Below the pieces are notes generated by a model. That model was not told where the DNA came from and ran no database searches. It saw nothing but the letters and a program-made list of their open reading frames with translations. From the NCBI GenBank assembly GCA_032718475.1, contig JAUCBJ010006963.1:1-56404 (forward strand): a DNA stretch of 56,404 nt, written 5' to 3'. The stretch is from Nemertoderma westbladi. Taxonomy: Eukaryota > Animalia > Xenacoelomorpha. The position numbers were made by a program, and so were the translations under genes. Within the stretch, counting starts at the first letter, position 1; each line of letters opens with the position of its first letter. This document shows, one piece after another, positions 34,944-46,767 of the stretch.

Positions 34944-36607
34944 CATGGCCTACTACACACAGGCCATGACAAGGACTTTGCTGTGAAATGAGCGTAGGCT
35001 GACTGCTGAATTATCAAATATTATATTTTCCACGAATGCAGGGTCCATATTTAAAAGAAGATGACTAGATTTTCGTAAGTAATTTAATTGAAACAGTATT
35101 TAATAATTAATTAATTAATTATCGCTAGTTAACGCGAATTAACGCAAATTAACAGAAACGTAAAAATAGCTGTAATTATAGAACCAACGATCAGATTCAT
35201 CTGAAATTTAGTAGTAGTTACCTAAGAGCATTGCTTAATTAGAAATTCTACAGAGACTTTTACAGTTCCTGTCTGCCGCTAGTGGGGAATTGTTAGAGCT
35301 CCAGTTCAACGTGCTTAGCACGGTTTAATGAACAATAAATTAATTATTTTATTCTATACAGTAATTATAACAGTAAAATGCAATATATTCTATTTTTTAG
35401 TAAAATCAAGAGACAGGAGGGGGGTGGGACTGGACGCAAATCCCATCTTGGCGAATTAATATCCTGCCTCAATATTAATTTCTCAATTTTGGGAAAGGAG
35501 CAGGTTACAGTGGCACGTTATTTTAACCAAAACAATAAAGTAAACACAATAGAACAGGTTACAGTTTTATTTTTGAGAGTAATCAGCTGTTGTTATTTGC
35601 GTCCAATTTCCCCTGGAGAGGGATGAATTTTTATTGCATCCAGTCCCCCCCCCCTATCTTGAAATAAAATTCCAAAAATATATTTATTATATGAACAATC
35701 TATTTGGAAATTGTAAGTTCGGCCTATCTCTTTACCATAAGCTCAGTATCTTTATCTGGTGTGTTTTTATTATTTTACCAATTATTTAATACATTTGATA
35801 GAATTGAACAACACCGCCCAACACAACCAACTCTCTATCCGCCTCGAGCTGTCGAGCATCGAGAATACGAGAAACTCGATCGAAATACCTGCTTATCCCA
35901 GTAGTATCCGTCCGTAGTCACCGGACCGCTGCAGTTTACTCCCGTAGAACAGTAGAATTCCCGCAGCTTTCGACCCAATTCGACAACGAATTCGCTTCAC
36001 ACTTTCACATCGCAGAGAACGTAATCCAGTGCGATACAAGTATGCCCGGCGTTCAACCATTTCCCCCAGGCGATACCAGGATCCGGGCCGCCGCTAAACC
36101 CAGATCGCAATCCTCGTCGATTCGTCCAGTCATCGACGTAAGTCAGTAAGTGGGACTCTTCCCACCGCACTCCAAGGTGGGTGACCGGAGTGAGGCATGA
36201 GGAACTTGGCAGTGGCCCGCATTATGATCTGACCGACCGCCGCATTCCCAGTTTTCTGAGTGTAGTAAGAATCGAAATAGAATCGTAGTGACAAACAAGC
36301 AATTCCATAGCACTGCGTAGTATTCCCCCGTTAATCACCTCTTGAAGCAACTCGGCTGCTCGGGTCCAGATACATCGGACTGTCGGGAGAATTTCAGACA
36401 GTAATGGAGCGGCATTTGCGAATATTTCCAATGGTTTTATAATAAATAAGGGGATTAAATGCTAAAACAAATGGATTATTCCTAACCCCACCCCAATACA
36501 GCAGTATATAGCTTGTACCATAGTACCATAATCTGATAATCAGCACAGTCAGCCTACGCTAATTTCACAGCAAAGTCCTTGTCATGGCCTGTGTGTAGTA
36601 GGCCATG
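34944..36607. mobile_element. Non-autonomous TIR transposon, P-element-like (1664 bp)
   Basis: ~75-bp TIRs starting CATGGCCTACTACACACAGGCCATG; perfect 8-bp TSD GGTGGTAC at 34936-34943 and 36608-36615. hAT is the alternative assignment. Confidence 0.85.
35408..35660. mobile_element. Small MITE nested in the P-like element
   Basis: Inverted ends ACTGGACGCAA/TTGCATCCAGT; second, inverted copy at ~51735-51945; related fragments at ~48998-49132. Confidence 0.65.
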
Positions 36608-38789
36608 GGTGGTACCTACGGTGCGCACTACAACGGCAGTACAGCAATACGGTGTACCGTGCCAATGCAGCAATGACTGAATGATTACCGGTAGCGGTAA
36701 CTATCTAAACTATTATATTATTATTACCGGTGCCGGTACTGGGCTAATTCTGTAATTAGGCCTAAACTATAATCACCGCAAGGGTTGCCGGGGTTAATTA
36801 GATTACATGATATGGCATGTCTGCAGTGTATGGTACCGGCTGACCAGTATTGCAGTATTGACTGATTGCAAGATTATCGATTCAGGGATTGAGTACAGCC
36901 TGACAGTACCGGTACACATGGTACATGCAGACAACCCCAATGTATTGCAAAATTTGTCAGAAATCAGCTGATTTATCCTACAGTAATAATAATTTAACGC
37001 ATTTTAAATTTGGATAAATAAATTTATTATAACTGCAATAACAGTTACACTGATGCTGCACGAAGACCCCACGCAAATTCTACTTGGAAAATTTTCAAAC
37101 TTTTGCCAAACAACATGTGTACCAAGTTTGGATAGATTTCATCAAGGATTGGCCGAGTTATTAACGTTTAAAATAAAATACTGAAAAAAAACGCGACAGA
37201 ACGACAGAACGACAGGTTGATTAATGGTACCCCTACGCTAAGGCTCACTCACTTCGTGGCTCGCCCCAACATGTGAACAGGTACACTGTAATTGTTGACA
37301 GGTAAAACACTAGAAAGCCAGCAAGCTGGCTGGAAGGAGCCCGGGGGAAAAATCCTAGCCAAGACTATTACAAAGAACTATGTTAGTCAGCAGTAAGTAA
37401 ACTAAAATTGTCTAAACTGCAAGGCGTGAGGCTAGCTGACTTTGTGGCTCGCCCCACATAATAAAAAATGCAACTTAGCTACCACTAACAAAAATATAAT
37501 ATGAAGCAAATAATTTCATTATCAAGAACGTTTACAAGATATAAGATGCGATTACCGAATATTTATAAAAAATGCCCATGATGCACAACCAGATAAATAA
37601 CAACGAATAGAGCCAAATAACAAATTTAGTTTCCTTCTATAGGTATTACCCCGTCGTCAAGCGGAATATCTCTTCCCAGTGAATTCTATGTGAATATGTA
37701 ATATAGGTACTCCTTAGGCGGTAGGCCAGAGCGGGCTCCTTAAATACATGCAACTACTGTATTATAGTGTAGGTCAACTATAAAACATTTTGCAATCCAC
37801 AGTGAGTATCGACTGCAATAGGATACAACACACTGCTTTGTGTAACTAAAATTCATTCTCCTGATCCACCCCCTAACATAGCAGAGTGAGTAACCTTATT
37901 GTAGATATACTCTTAGGAAGCACTGGGAGAGCAATCAGCTTATGGGGTAATACATTAGAAACCAACAGCTTATGTGTGAGTAAACATTGCCTTTAAGAAT
38001 TTAATGAGGATTTCAAATCTGAAAACGGCTTAGCGATATCTCTTTTAGTTCTGGAGTTATAGCCGTTTGTCCGTTCATATGTCTGTCATTCTGTCCAACA
38101 ATATATAAGAAACCATATGACGTACTCATATTTTCGTTTTGGCAGTTGTTATTGGCGTTGACTTCATTTCCGAAGTTAGTTTTGATGTTTGGTGGAATCA
38201 AGTCCATCTATCTGTCTTCCTGCCTGGTTGTCTGTTCGTGTGTCTGTCTGTCTGTTTGTGTGTCAGTCTGTCCATCAATTTATAATAAAATACACCACCT
38301 AGCTGAAATTTTCGATATGGGGGTTTTCCTAGTCAGTGATTCCATTTCCAATGTCAGTTGTAATGTTTTGTGAAATGTAGTTGGTCTGTCTGTAGGTTTG
38401 ATAGGTTGGGCAGACAACCGACAGAAAGATATGCAGACTCCCAAGATTCCATCGAATATGAAAATTTCCATCGAAACATGACCTTCTAAACAAGTTATTG
38501 ATGTTTAGAAGGCCATGCATCGAAATGAAACAGCCAAGTTTTCATGTTTGATAGAATCTAATCTGTCTGTTGGTCTGTCCTTTTGTCTATTTGTAAGCCG
38601 TAAGTCTGTATGTCCCCATAGGTGTCCATAAACATGACTGTCTTTTTAGGCCATGGCTCTACAGTACTAGGAACTACTTTATCAATAGCGGGAATTTTAA
38701 ACTATATTATTGTTACATTCTGTAGAAAGTAGTGTGTTGCCTAAATACTACCCCACTTTTTTACCGGTATTTTACTGGCCTACTCTGAA

Positions 38790-40691
38790 ATGGGTAAATG
38801 CACTAGACTAAACGTTAAAAGGTGGCAATTAGCTGCCACAGCAGCAAGAATAAATCGGTGGTCTGTCCCACAGTCTCCACTGTCACCACAGACTAAATCT
38901 AAAAAAAAACTAATAACAAGTCTATTGCCTCGTAAATTACTAAAATGTGATCCATTGGAAAATTCCGGATTTCGTATTTTCGATATTACAAATGTTACTG
39001 CAGCAATTCAAACTGCACATTCTGCTGGTTGCCTTGGCAAGGTATCTGTGAGAGAGCAGGTATGCCAAGGTATAAGTTCGTCACTCAATATAGTTTGTGA
39101 CGCCTGTGATATGTCACTTTACCTCGGCAACTCTTCGAAACCGGAAGTTGTAACAAGAAAACCGTACTCACAAGAACATACTCCTCTAAATAGACGGATG
39201 GTTTACGCGGCGTGTGAGGTAGGCGGTGGGCTAGAAACACTCAAGCTGATCGCTGAGCTCCTAGCAATGCCGTGCACAATGAGTAAAACAGCATTCGAGA
39301 ATAACCAGGGTGAAATATTCAAAGCGCATAAAGTACTTGTAGAGAAGGAACTCGTTAGTGCACGTCATGAACTTTCCAAAGGAAATGAGAAAGTAAATAT
39401 AGAAGCATGTTATGATGGTACATGGCATACACGTGGATTCGGTTCTTCCTTTGGAGCAGGATTTCTTCTAAGTTGGGAAACAGGCAAAGTGATAGATTAT
39501 GGGACTAGGTCGAAGTTGTGTAACCAATGTACATTTTGTCCATACGACAAAAAAAGTGAAAAGTATGCAGTGTGGATGAGCAACAACCACGAATCGGAAT
39601 GCCAAGGAAGTTTTTCCGGCTCTAGCGGAAGTATGGAGACCAGCATTGCTGTGGAAATTTTTAATAATCCCAAAACCCGCCTTACAGATCCAGACCATTC
39701 GCTGAAGATAAGTAATTTAATTTCGGATAGAGATTCAAGTGTTTACAAGAATGTTTGGGATGCATATGGGGCATGTCATGGATGTCGGAAATACGAAAAG
39801 TTGACCATGGAAGAGAAAGAGGAATTTGATCGTTCTGATAAGGGGTTAGAATATTGGAACAAACACCATAGCAATGAAATTATTTGTGACAGAGTCTGGA
39901 AAACTGATTGTATAAACCATATCCAGAAAAGCTTGGGTAGTCAGCTTCGGAAATTGAAAACTGATACTAAAGGAAAACTGAGTGATGGGAAATATATAGG
40001 TGGTTCCTCACATAGACTCACTAATGAAGCTATAGTAAAACTCACTGGTTACTTTGGAAAAGCTGTTCATCGGTCTATAAATGATACCAAAGGGAAGTCG
40101 GAAGTGGAAAGGATCCAAAATATGAAATCCGCTATTTTGGCTAGTTTCAGACATTGTATCCGAAGTGGTTCTAATAACCAACGTCATTTCTATTGCCCAA
40201 TTGGTCCAAAATCATTCTGTACATACAAGCGAACAAATAAACCTGAGCCAGAAAAACCCCATCATTTAGATCCAATTTTCCTTCCCCTATTGCTACCAAT
40301 CTACCGCCGATATATTACGGACAAACAGATTCGGCAATATTTACCAGGTTATACTCAAAATATGTCAGAAGGTCTGCACAGTTTGGTTTGGAAGCGGGCA
40401 CCGAAGATTGGATTCTTTGGAGCGCAACGAATTGAAATGGCCGCAATGAGCACTATATTATATTATAACATAGGATCGGAGGCTAGGTCACTTGTTTTAA
40501 AACAACTGTTCTCAGTGGAACCGAGTCGGCCTACACTGCAACTGCAAGTGAGGAAGGATGTTAAACGAGTGCGGCATAGCGTGGAGAAGTTCAAGAGCAA
40601 GATAAAGCATCGGAATGCGAAAATTGCAGCAGCTAAAAAACGAGATGGTGAAGATATTGTTGAGCCAGACTATCTTCCTGGAGGACATTAA
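38790..40691 (+). CDS. Intact DDE transposase, Kolobok/Mutator-like, 633 aa
   Basis: Motifs YDGTWHTRG, TGKVIDY..SKLCNQC, GSSGSME, SDRDSS, KTDCINH (CxxH), HFYCPIGPKSFC, TQNMSEGLHSLVWKRAPK; basic C-terminus; ATG start, no stops. Confidence 0.85.
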   Translation: MGKCTRLNVKRWQLAATAARINRWSVPQSPLSPQTKSKKKLITSLLPRKLLKCDPLENSGFRIFDITNVTAAIQTAHSAGCLGKVSVREQVCQGISSSLNIVCDACDMSLYLGNSSKPEVVTRKPYSQEHTPLNRRMVYAACEVGGGLETLKLIAELLAMPCTMSKTAFENNQGEIFKAHKVLVEKELVSARHELSKGNEKVNIEACYDGTWHTRGFGSSFGAGFLLSWETGKVIDYGTRSKLCNQCTFCPYDKKSEKYAVWMSNNHESECQGSFSGSSGSMETSIAVEIFNNPKTRLTDPDHSLKISNLISDRDSSVYKNVWDAYGACHGCRKYEKLTMEEKEEFDRSDKGLEYWNKHHSNEIICDRVWKTDCINHIQKSLGSQLRKLKTDTKGKLSDGKYIGGSSHRLTNEAIVKLTGYFGKAVHRSINDTKGKSEVERIQNMKSAILASFRHCIRSGSNNQRHFYCPIGPKSFCTYKRTNKPEPEKPHHLDPIFLPLLLPIYRRYITDKQIRQYLPGYTQNMSEGLHSLVWKRAPKIGFFGAQRIEMAAMSTILYYNIGSEARSLVLKQLFSVEPSRPTLQLQVRKDVKRVRHSVEKFKSKIKHRNAKIAAAKKRDGEDIVEPDYLPGGH

Positions 40692-40847
40692 TATTTTATT
40701 TAGTAATACTAATATCAATAGTAATAAATTATACTAAATAAATAACTAATAAATAAAGTACCTAATAAAATTGAAAATTTTGCTGACAGTTTTTATTTTA
40801 TGATTAACAATGAGACAAACTATGCGCTACCAAACAAACATGTAAAT

Positions 40848-41720
40848 TGACATCAGAAATGAAATCAGCGACATGGAAAACCCCTGTAACAAAAATTTTG
40901 GCGAGGTTGCGTGCTTTCTTATGTTTTGACATATAGACCTATAAACTGACATAAAGACGGACAGACAGACCAACCGACAATGTGAAGTCAGAAATAAAAA
41001 CTGAGATCGGAAATGAAATCGGCGACCTGGAAAACCCCTGTAACAAAAATTTTGGCGAGGTTGCGTGCTTTCTTATGTTTAGACATATAGACCTATAAAC
41101 TGACATAAAGACGGACAGACAGACCAACCGACAATGTGAAGTCAGAAATAAAAACTGAGATCGGAAATGAAATCGGCGACCTGGAAAACCCCTGTAACAA
41201 AAATTTTGGCGAGGTTGCGTGCTTTCTTATGTTTTGACATATAGACCTATAAACTGACATAAAGACGGACAGACAGACCAACCGACAATGTGAAGTCAGA
41301 AATAAAAACTGAGATCGGAAATGAAATCGGCGACCTGGAAAACCCCTGTAACAAAAATTTTGGCGAGGTTGCGTGCTTTCTTATGTTTTGACATATAGAC
41401 CTAAAAACTGACATAAAGACGGACAGACAGACCAACCGACAATGTGAAGTCAGAAATAAAAACTGAGATCAGAAATGAAATCGGCGACCTGGAAAACCCC
41501 TGAAACAAAAATTTTGGCGAGGTTGCGTGCTTTCTTATGTTTTGACATATAGACCTATAAACTGACATAAAGACGGACAGACAGACAGACCGACAATGTG
41601 AAGTCAGAAATAAAAAGTGAGATTGGAAATGAAATCAGCGACCTGGAAAACCCCCATAACGAAAATTTTAGTGAGGCGGCGTGCTTCCTTATTTAGAGAC
41701 ATAAATTTGACAGACAGACA
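40848..41720. repeat. 154-bp tandem repeat, about 5.5 copies, downstream of the transposase
   Basis: Repeated pseudo-ORFs at 40939, 41093 and 41247 give a period of 154. Confidence 0.92.
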
Positions 41721-43084
41721 GACAGAAAAACAGAAATAGACACCAGAAAGTTTAATTGCGTTTTTCTCAACTTTATAATTTTGCACTAAAATAGCTTTTA
41801 TTCAGCCATTTCTTGGCGAAATTTAAAAATTTTTTTTTTCCCTGAAAGGTCCCACGGAGACGCAACTTTCCATAAGAGGAATTTTTAAAATTTGGCCTAT
41901 TTCGTCTTTTATGGTACTTGGAGCTCCTACAACACCTAAAAATTTATTAATATACACGTGGACTGCGACCTAGAGCAGATATCAAAAAATCCTCTTATGG
42001 AATTGTAAAGTTACTCAAGGTGATTATAGCGCAAAAAAATTTTTTGAAAAATATTGGGAATTGGTGGAGAAATTTCGTTTCAAAAAATGTATCTCTATTT
42101 TTGTGATTATTGCTGTGGCGCCCCCTAGCGGCCAAAATTGTTGATTTTTTTTATTTCAGTTAAAACCAGTTTTTATTCCTCTATCCGATGATATATAGAG
42201 GTATGGCGTGCCGGCTATATTTTTGAAGATATATAACATTATAAAAATGTTGGTATTGGGGGTGTACCCCCCCCCTTAAGCCATATTTCATCATGAACAC
42301 CAGCTGTTATTTTACCATTGCTTTTAATTTCGCGACAAAACAATGTCAAAAAACTAAATATGTCGAATACCACACATAGAATCGATCTGAAATTTTGTAA
42401 CGCGATTATGAACCACCAAAGCAATGTACTTGCAAAATTTAATCAAAATCGCCAGGCAGGAAGTGCCTTAATCTAGATAATTATCAGTCAGTCAGTATGT
42501 CAGTCAGTGTAATGTATCCTGAGATTTTTACAGAAAGTATCCCTGAGATTCTTACAGTAAGTATCCCGCTGTCAAGCGGGCTCCTAATAACTGTAGTAAA
42601 TTAAATGGGCATAAATGTATCTTAATTCTGTCGCACAGCAGACAGAGGTTATTAAATTATTTTCTATAGAAACAATCAAGTAAAAGCAAAGCAACACTAG
42701 ATCAATTTTAATGGAAAATTTAAATTGGAACATAAGAAGTCATAGACGACATACTGGACGCTCCAGGGTGTTATATCGATGTCATTGTTAGGCAGCTAAA
42801 TGAGGCAGAAAAATTTCAATGCTGCGCTGCAGTGTCTGACTTCACAGTGTATAGTTGGTTGGTTGAATTTCCTGGCGTAGGTGCTTTCTGGGAAATATGT
42901 TCAGTGATGCGAATGAATGTCTATTTGGTGTCATTCGCCAATTTATTATACTTCATAACAATCACTTAATTACGTAATGGAGGCGCCTATAGCAAGACCA
43001 ATGCATATTATATAACGAGTGAGATTCATTTTGAAATTGTTAGTCTAATCTAAGAATATAATCAGTGTAACATAACTACTGCTG

Positions 43085-43985
43085 CCATTAAATGCTGCCA
43101 ATGTCTTCCCCTTTTCACACTTATCTGAACGCCTTAACATGACTTCCGGATCCATAATCCCAAGTAGCAAAAGTCGTCCATATGCTCAAGCAAGCCATCT
43201 CTGGAGCTTATGCCCTTATAATCAGATATTTCTTGGGGCTGTCAAGGTTCACTGTTATAATTTTCATCTTCTCGAAGTTTACAAAAAGCCCAACACTAGA
43301 AGCTACCTGTTGTACCTGCAGCAACAAGCTCTATGATGCAGTCATGATTTCAGCAAAGGATATGTCACCAATGGGTATATCTGTGAGCATAGACTCAGAT
43401 ATTCTACCCTGAAATTTATCAAACAATATCCTGTCATTGTTTAGAATATTTTCAAAGCGGGCCTTCTAACCATTGAGGCAATGAATATTCAGCCCTAACC
43501 TTGGTTGTTGGTTGGCTTTGCCTCCCAGTGATCAGGTTTATTGATTGCCATGCTTGGGTTGATTGCCTGCTATCATCTGCATTATTAATGACATCAATCT
43601 GCTCATTGTTAAGCTCGTTCAGATTATCAGAGTACTCCATGTTAAGGGGCCTAGATGCTACTACTACTACTAGGATCGGCATGCTGCATTGCAGCTGCAT
43701 TTTTAAGAATGCTGTGCCGGCTTATCAACAAAATTGCACCGCCACAACTCCCTATCACCCATGACATTTGCTAGATCATCCGCATCTTCAAGGCCAGTGT
43801 CCTTTAAGATGCGTCTCAAGAAAGTCATGGGCTGTCCACCATGCTTATTCACTCCATGAGGCTGCCAAAGTACAAGATTATGCACTGGCTGGTCCTCACG
43901 GCGAAAGCAATGTCCTGCAAAGCAGCCTAGATGCAGCCTTAACTGTATCCCACGCTGACTTAATGTGCCTGAGCAGGCGGCACCA
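43085..43985 (-). mobile_element. Cluster of RTE-clade LINE fragments (RT C-terminal part, linker, 3' end with (TAG)n tail)
   Basis: SLLLQVQQVASSVGLFVNFEKMK..., DDFCYLG; AWQSINLITGR; LVLWQPHG...KDTGLEDADDLANVMGDRELW followed by TAGTAGTAG. Confidence 0.7.
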
Positions 43986-44449
43986 GTAATAACTTCATAA
44001 TAACATAATAATAATAAAATAATAAAAATAATAAATTCATAATAACACCTTCAAGTTTGGCACATGAACCAGCTATAATGGAAAACACAGGAGCCACTAA
44101 GTATGACCAGAAAGAATAGCTGTGTCCGTCATAGATATCTACCCCCCTTGATATATGATATATGTTACATAAACAACGTTGAAACAAAGGAAATTCCATA
44201 TCATAAATAATTTTACATGAGTGGCAAAAAAGTAACATATTTAGTGAAATGCCTTCGAAGTGTACAAGGATTGGTATTGCTTCGATGGAGCACAGAGGTT
44301 CTCAAACTATGGATTAACCTATATAAGAACTTAGTAAGAACCAAAAACCCACACGCCCTGATGTGTTTGGATTCAGAATACACCATCTGAACTGCCAATA
44401 GAAACTGTTTTGTCTTTTCCTAACACAGGAGGCTGTCCTAACCTGGGCT

Positions 44450-44975
44450 AGGCTGGCCCTGGTTAAAAATGTAAACAATGATGAATCATTGGAAGTGTAA
44501 ATTTTCCCTGTGTTGGAAATGTGTGAAATGGCTTACAACCACAAAAAAACACAACTTTTTCAAATTTATGAGAATGCAGGACCCCCGCACAATTAGTGGA
44601 AACAAACAACATTTTTGCTAAACTAAAAAACTATGTAATTATTAACTGTTAGACTGTGGGTAGCAAGAAGCATTTCTTTATTTACCAACCCAAATCCACC
44701 ATGGCGGGAAATTAAAATTAAAACTTTTTAACTTACAAGGACTAGGCCAACCAGATTGTTGAACTGCAAACGGAGCTATACCTGCTAACACTTCAGGTAA
44801 TGCCAGCAACAGTACACATTAGGTACTTATCCATATCCACTCTGCCTCCACTTTATTTCAGTCTTAATTACAATTTATTCGATCTCCTTGACAAGATGCT
44901 TCTTAGTCTTAATAAAACCCAAACCCTATTTGAAACCACCTACTGGACTGCTGCTAGATATACTTTCCAATGAGA
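44450..44975. repeat. Dispersed non-coding repeat; uninterrupted paralogue of the repeat split by the pogo element
   Basis: Reverse complement of 46660-46767 joined to 50134-50500. Confidence 0.75.
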
Positions 44976-45215
44976 TTTAGGCCTACTTCCATCCCCTGCT
45001 GCACTACATCCTATGTCCTATATTGAATTAAATATATTTTGTAGTGTTTTGGTTATTAAAACTCATGACACTCTGGAGCGGAATTAGCTTGAATGGAAAG
45101 TTCAGCTCCACTTTCGAATCTTGTCTCAGGGGATAAATGTGTTAGTGCTCCACTCTCATTCGGTAAACTTTCTGTTAACAACGGCTAAAATAGTGAAGCA
45201 ATATATAATCTATAA

Positions 45216-46400
45216 TACTACTACTACTATAATCGGCCTGCTGCATTGGAACTGAACATTGAGATGCTACTGTATGCCAGCCATTCAAAAACATTTTATC
45301 ACCACCATGCAATCCACAATTGGAAAGCCCAATGCAGCATGCATTAAGAATGCTATGCTATACGTAAGGGAAAGGCATGGGCAGCATCGGATAGGCTTTC
45401 CAGGATTTGGAAGTCACCGAGAATTAATCGGAAACTTAAGGTCCGATTATTTAGAGCAGCAGTAGTTCCAGTACTCCTCTATGGGAGTCCATGCTGGGCT
45501 CGAACTGCTGAGGACACCAAATCTATGGATGGCACATTCACAAGAATGCTGCGCCGGGTTCATTGTGTCAAGTACAATGCACACATCTCCCAATCAGACA
45601 CTATATAACATTGGAGGTGTCTCATTGGTTCCCCCAAGCTTGACACTAGAACAAAGCCACCTGCGCTTTACGGGACATTTTTTCGCCATGAGGACCGCCT
45701 GTGCATAATCTTGTATTTTGGCAGCCCCATGGAGAAAATAAGCGTGGTGGAAAGCCCATGACCTTGAGACGCATCATAAAGGACACTGGCCTTAAAGATG
45801 CGAATAATCTCGCGAAAGTCATGGTGGATAGGGAGTTGTGGTGGTGCAACTTTATTGATAAGCCGGGATAGTATTCTTAATCACGCTGCATTGGGCCTTC
45901 CAATTGTGGATTGCATGGTGGTGATAAAATGTTCTTATTAAGCTGGATTAGCATCTCAATGTGCAGTTTCAATGCAGCAAGCAGACCGATTATAGTATTT
46001 ATTATTATTATCATACATGCATTTATTATTATTATCGCACTCCATTGGCTGGAGGCCGTGTCGTTGAGGAGGTGAATCCCTGAAGACTCGAAAGTACCAA
46101 GAACTGATTGACAGAGGGTACTCCTTCTACCCTGTTGCCTTCAAGACCCTCGGTTGCCCTGTCAATAATAAGCATAATAAGGTCTAATAATAAGGTATAA
46201 TAATAATAAGGTATAATAAGCATGGTGGACAGCCCATGACTTTCTTGAGACGCATCTTAAAGGACACTGGCCTTAAAGATGCGGATGATCTAGCAAATGT
46301 CATGGGTGATAGGGAGTTGTGGCGGTGCAATTTTGTTGACAAGCCGGCACAGCATTCTTAAAAATGCAGCTGCAATGCAGCATGCCGATCCTAGTAGTAG
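45216..46400. mobile_element. RTE-clade LINE 3' fragments in both orientations
   Basis: VLLYGSPCW...SMDGTFTRMLRRV...LRFTGH at ~45470-45850 (+). 45216-45350 is an inverted copy of 45868-45998. 46221-46400 (+) matches ~43660-43840 (-). (TAG)n tails. Confidence 0.7.
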
Positions 46401-46767
46401 CCCTGTCAATAAGATGACGGCATTCATTAAGGAGATTGGAACTCGTCTCCAGGCCACATAAGAACAGCCAGAGAATAAAAACAGTACGTAAGTCAGTAAG
46501 TAGCGCAAAATAATTAACGGTAGGGCGTAGGTACATACAAAAATTACAAGAAACGAATTAATCTCACAAAAAATTGACAATAAGCAATAATAAAAGTTAC
46601 TGTGGGCAAACAAAAATTAACATATCATTATTAATATTATTCAATGTAGGCCGAAATCTGATTGGAAAGTATATCTAGCAGCACCAGTCCAGTAGGTGGT
46701 TTCAAATAGGGTTTTGGTTTTATTAAGACTGTAAGAAGCATCTTGTCTAGAGTTCGAATAAAGTGTA

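Larger units (their letters stand above)
38010..42275 (+). mobile_element. DNA transposon carrying the 633-aa transposase; left end uncertain
   Basis: Likely right end GGGGGTGTACCCCCCCCC|TTAA (42276-42279), consistent with Kolobok TTAA targets. Inverted degenerate copies of the 154-bp repeat lie upstream (~38100-38380). No matching left terminus found. Confidence 0.55.

Noticed and set aside
37040-37470. Helitron/Helentron-associated non-autonomous repeats (also ~33985 and ~42280-42590)
   Set aside because: GACA/GTCA microsatellites and short hairpins are suggestive, but boundaries and family could not be defined.
40939-41435. Three tandem 62-aa membrane-like ORFs
   Set aside because: Artefact of the 154-bp tandem repeat; they overlap in shifting frames.
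44050-44400. Possible Penelope GIY-YIG remnant (KKVTYLVKC...)
   Set aside because: The resemblance is too weak and interrupted to support without a profile search.
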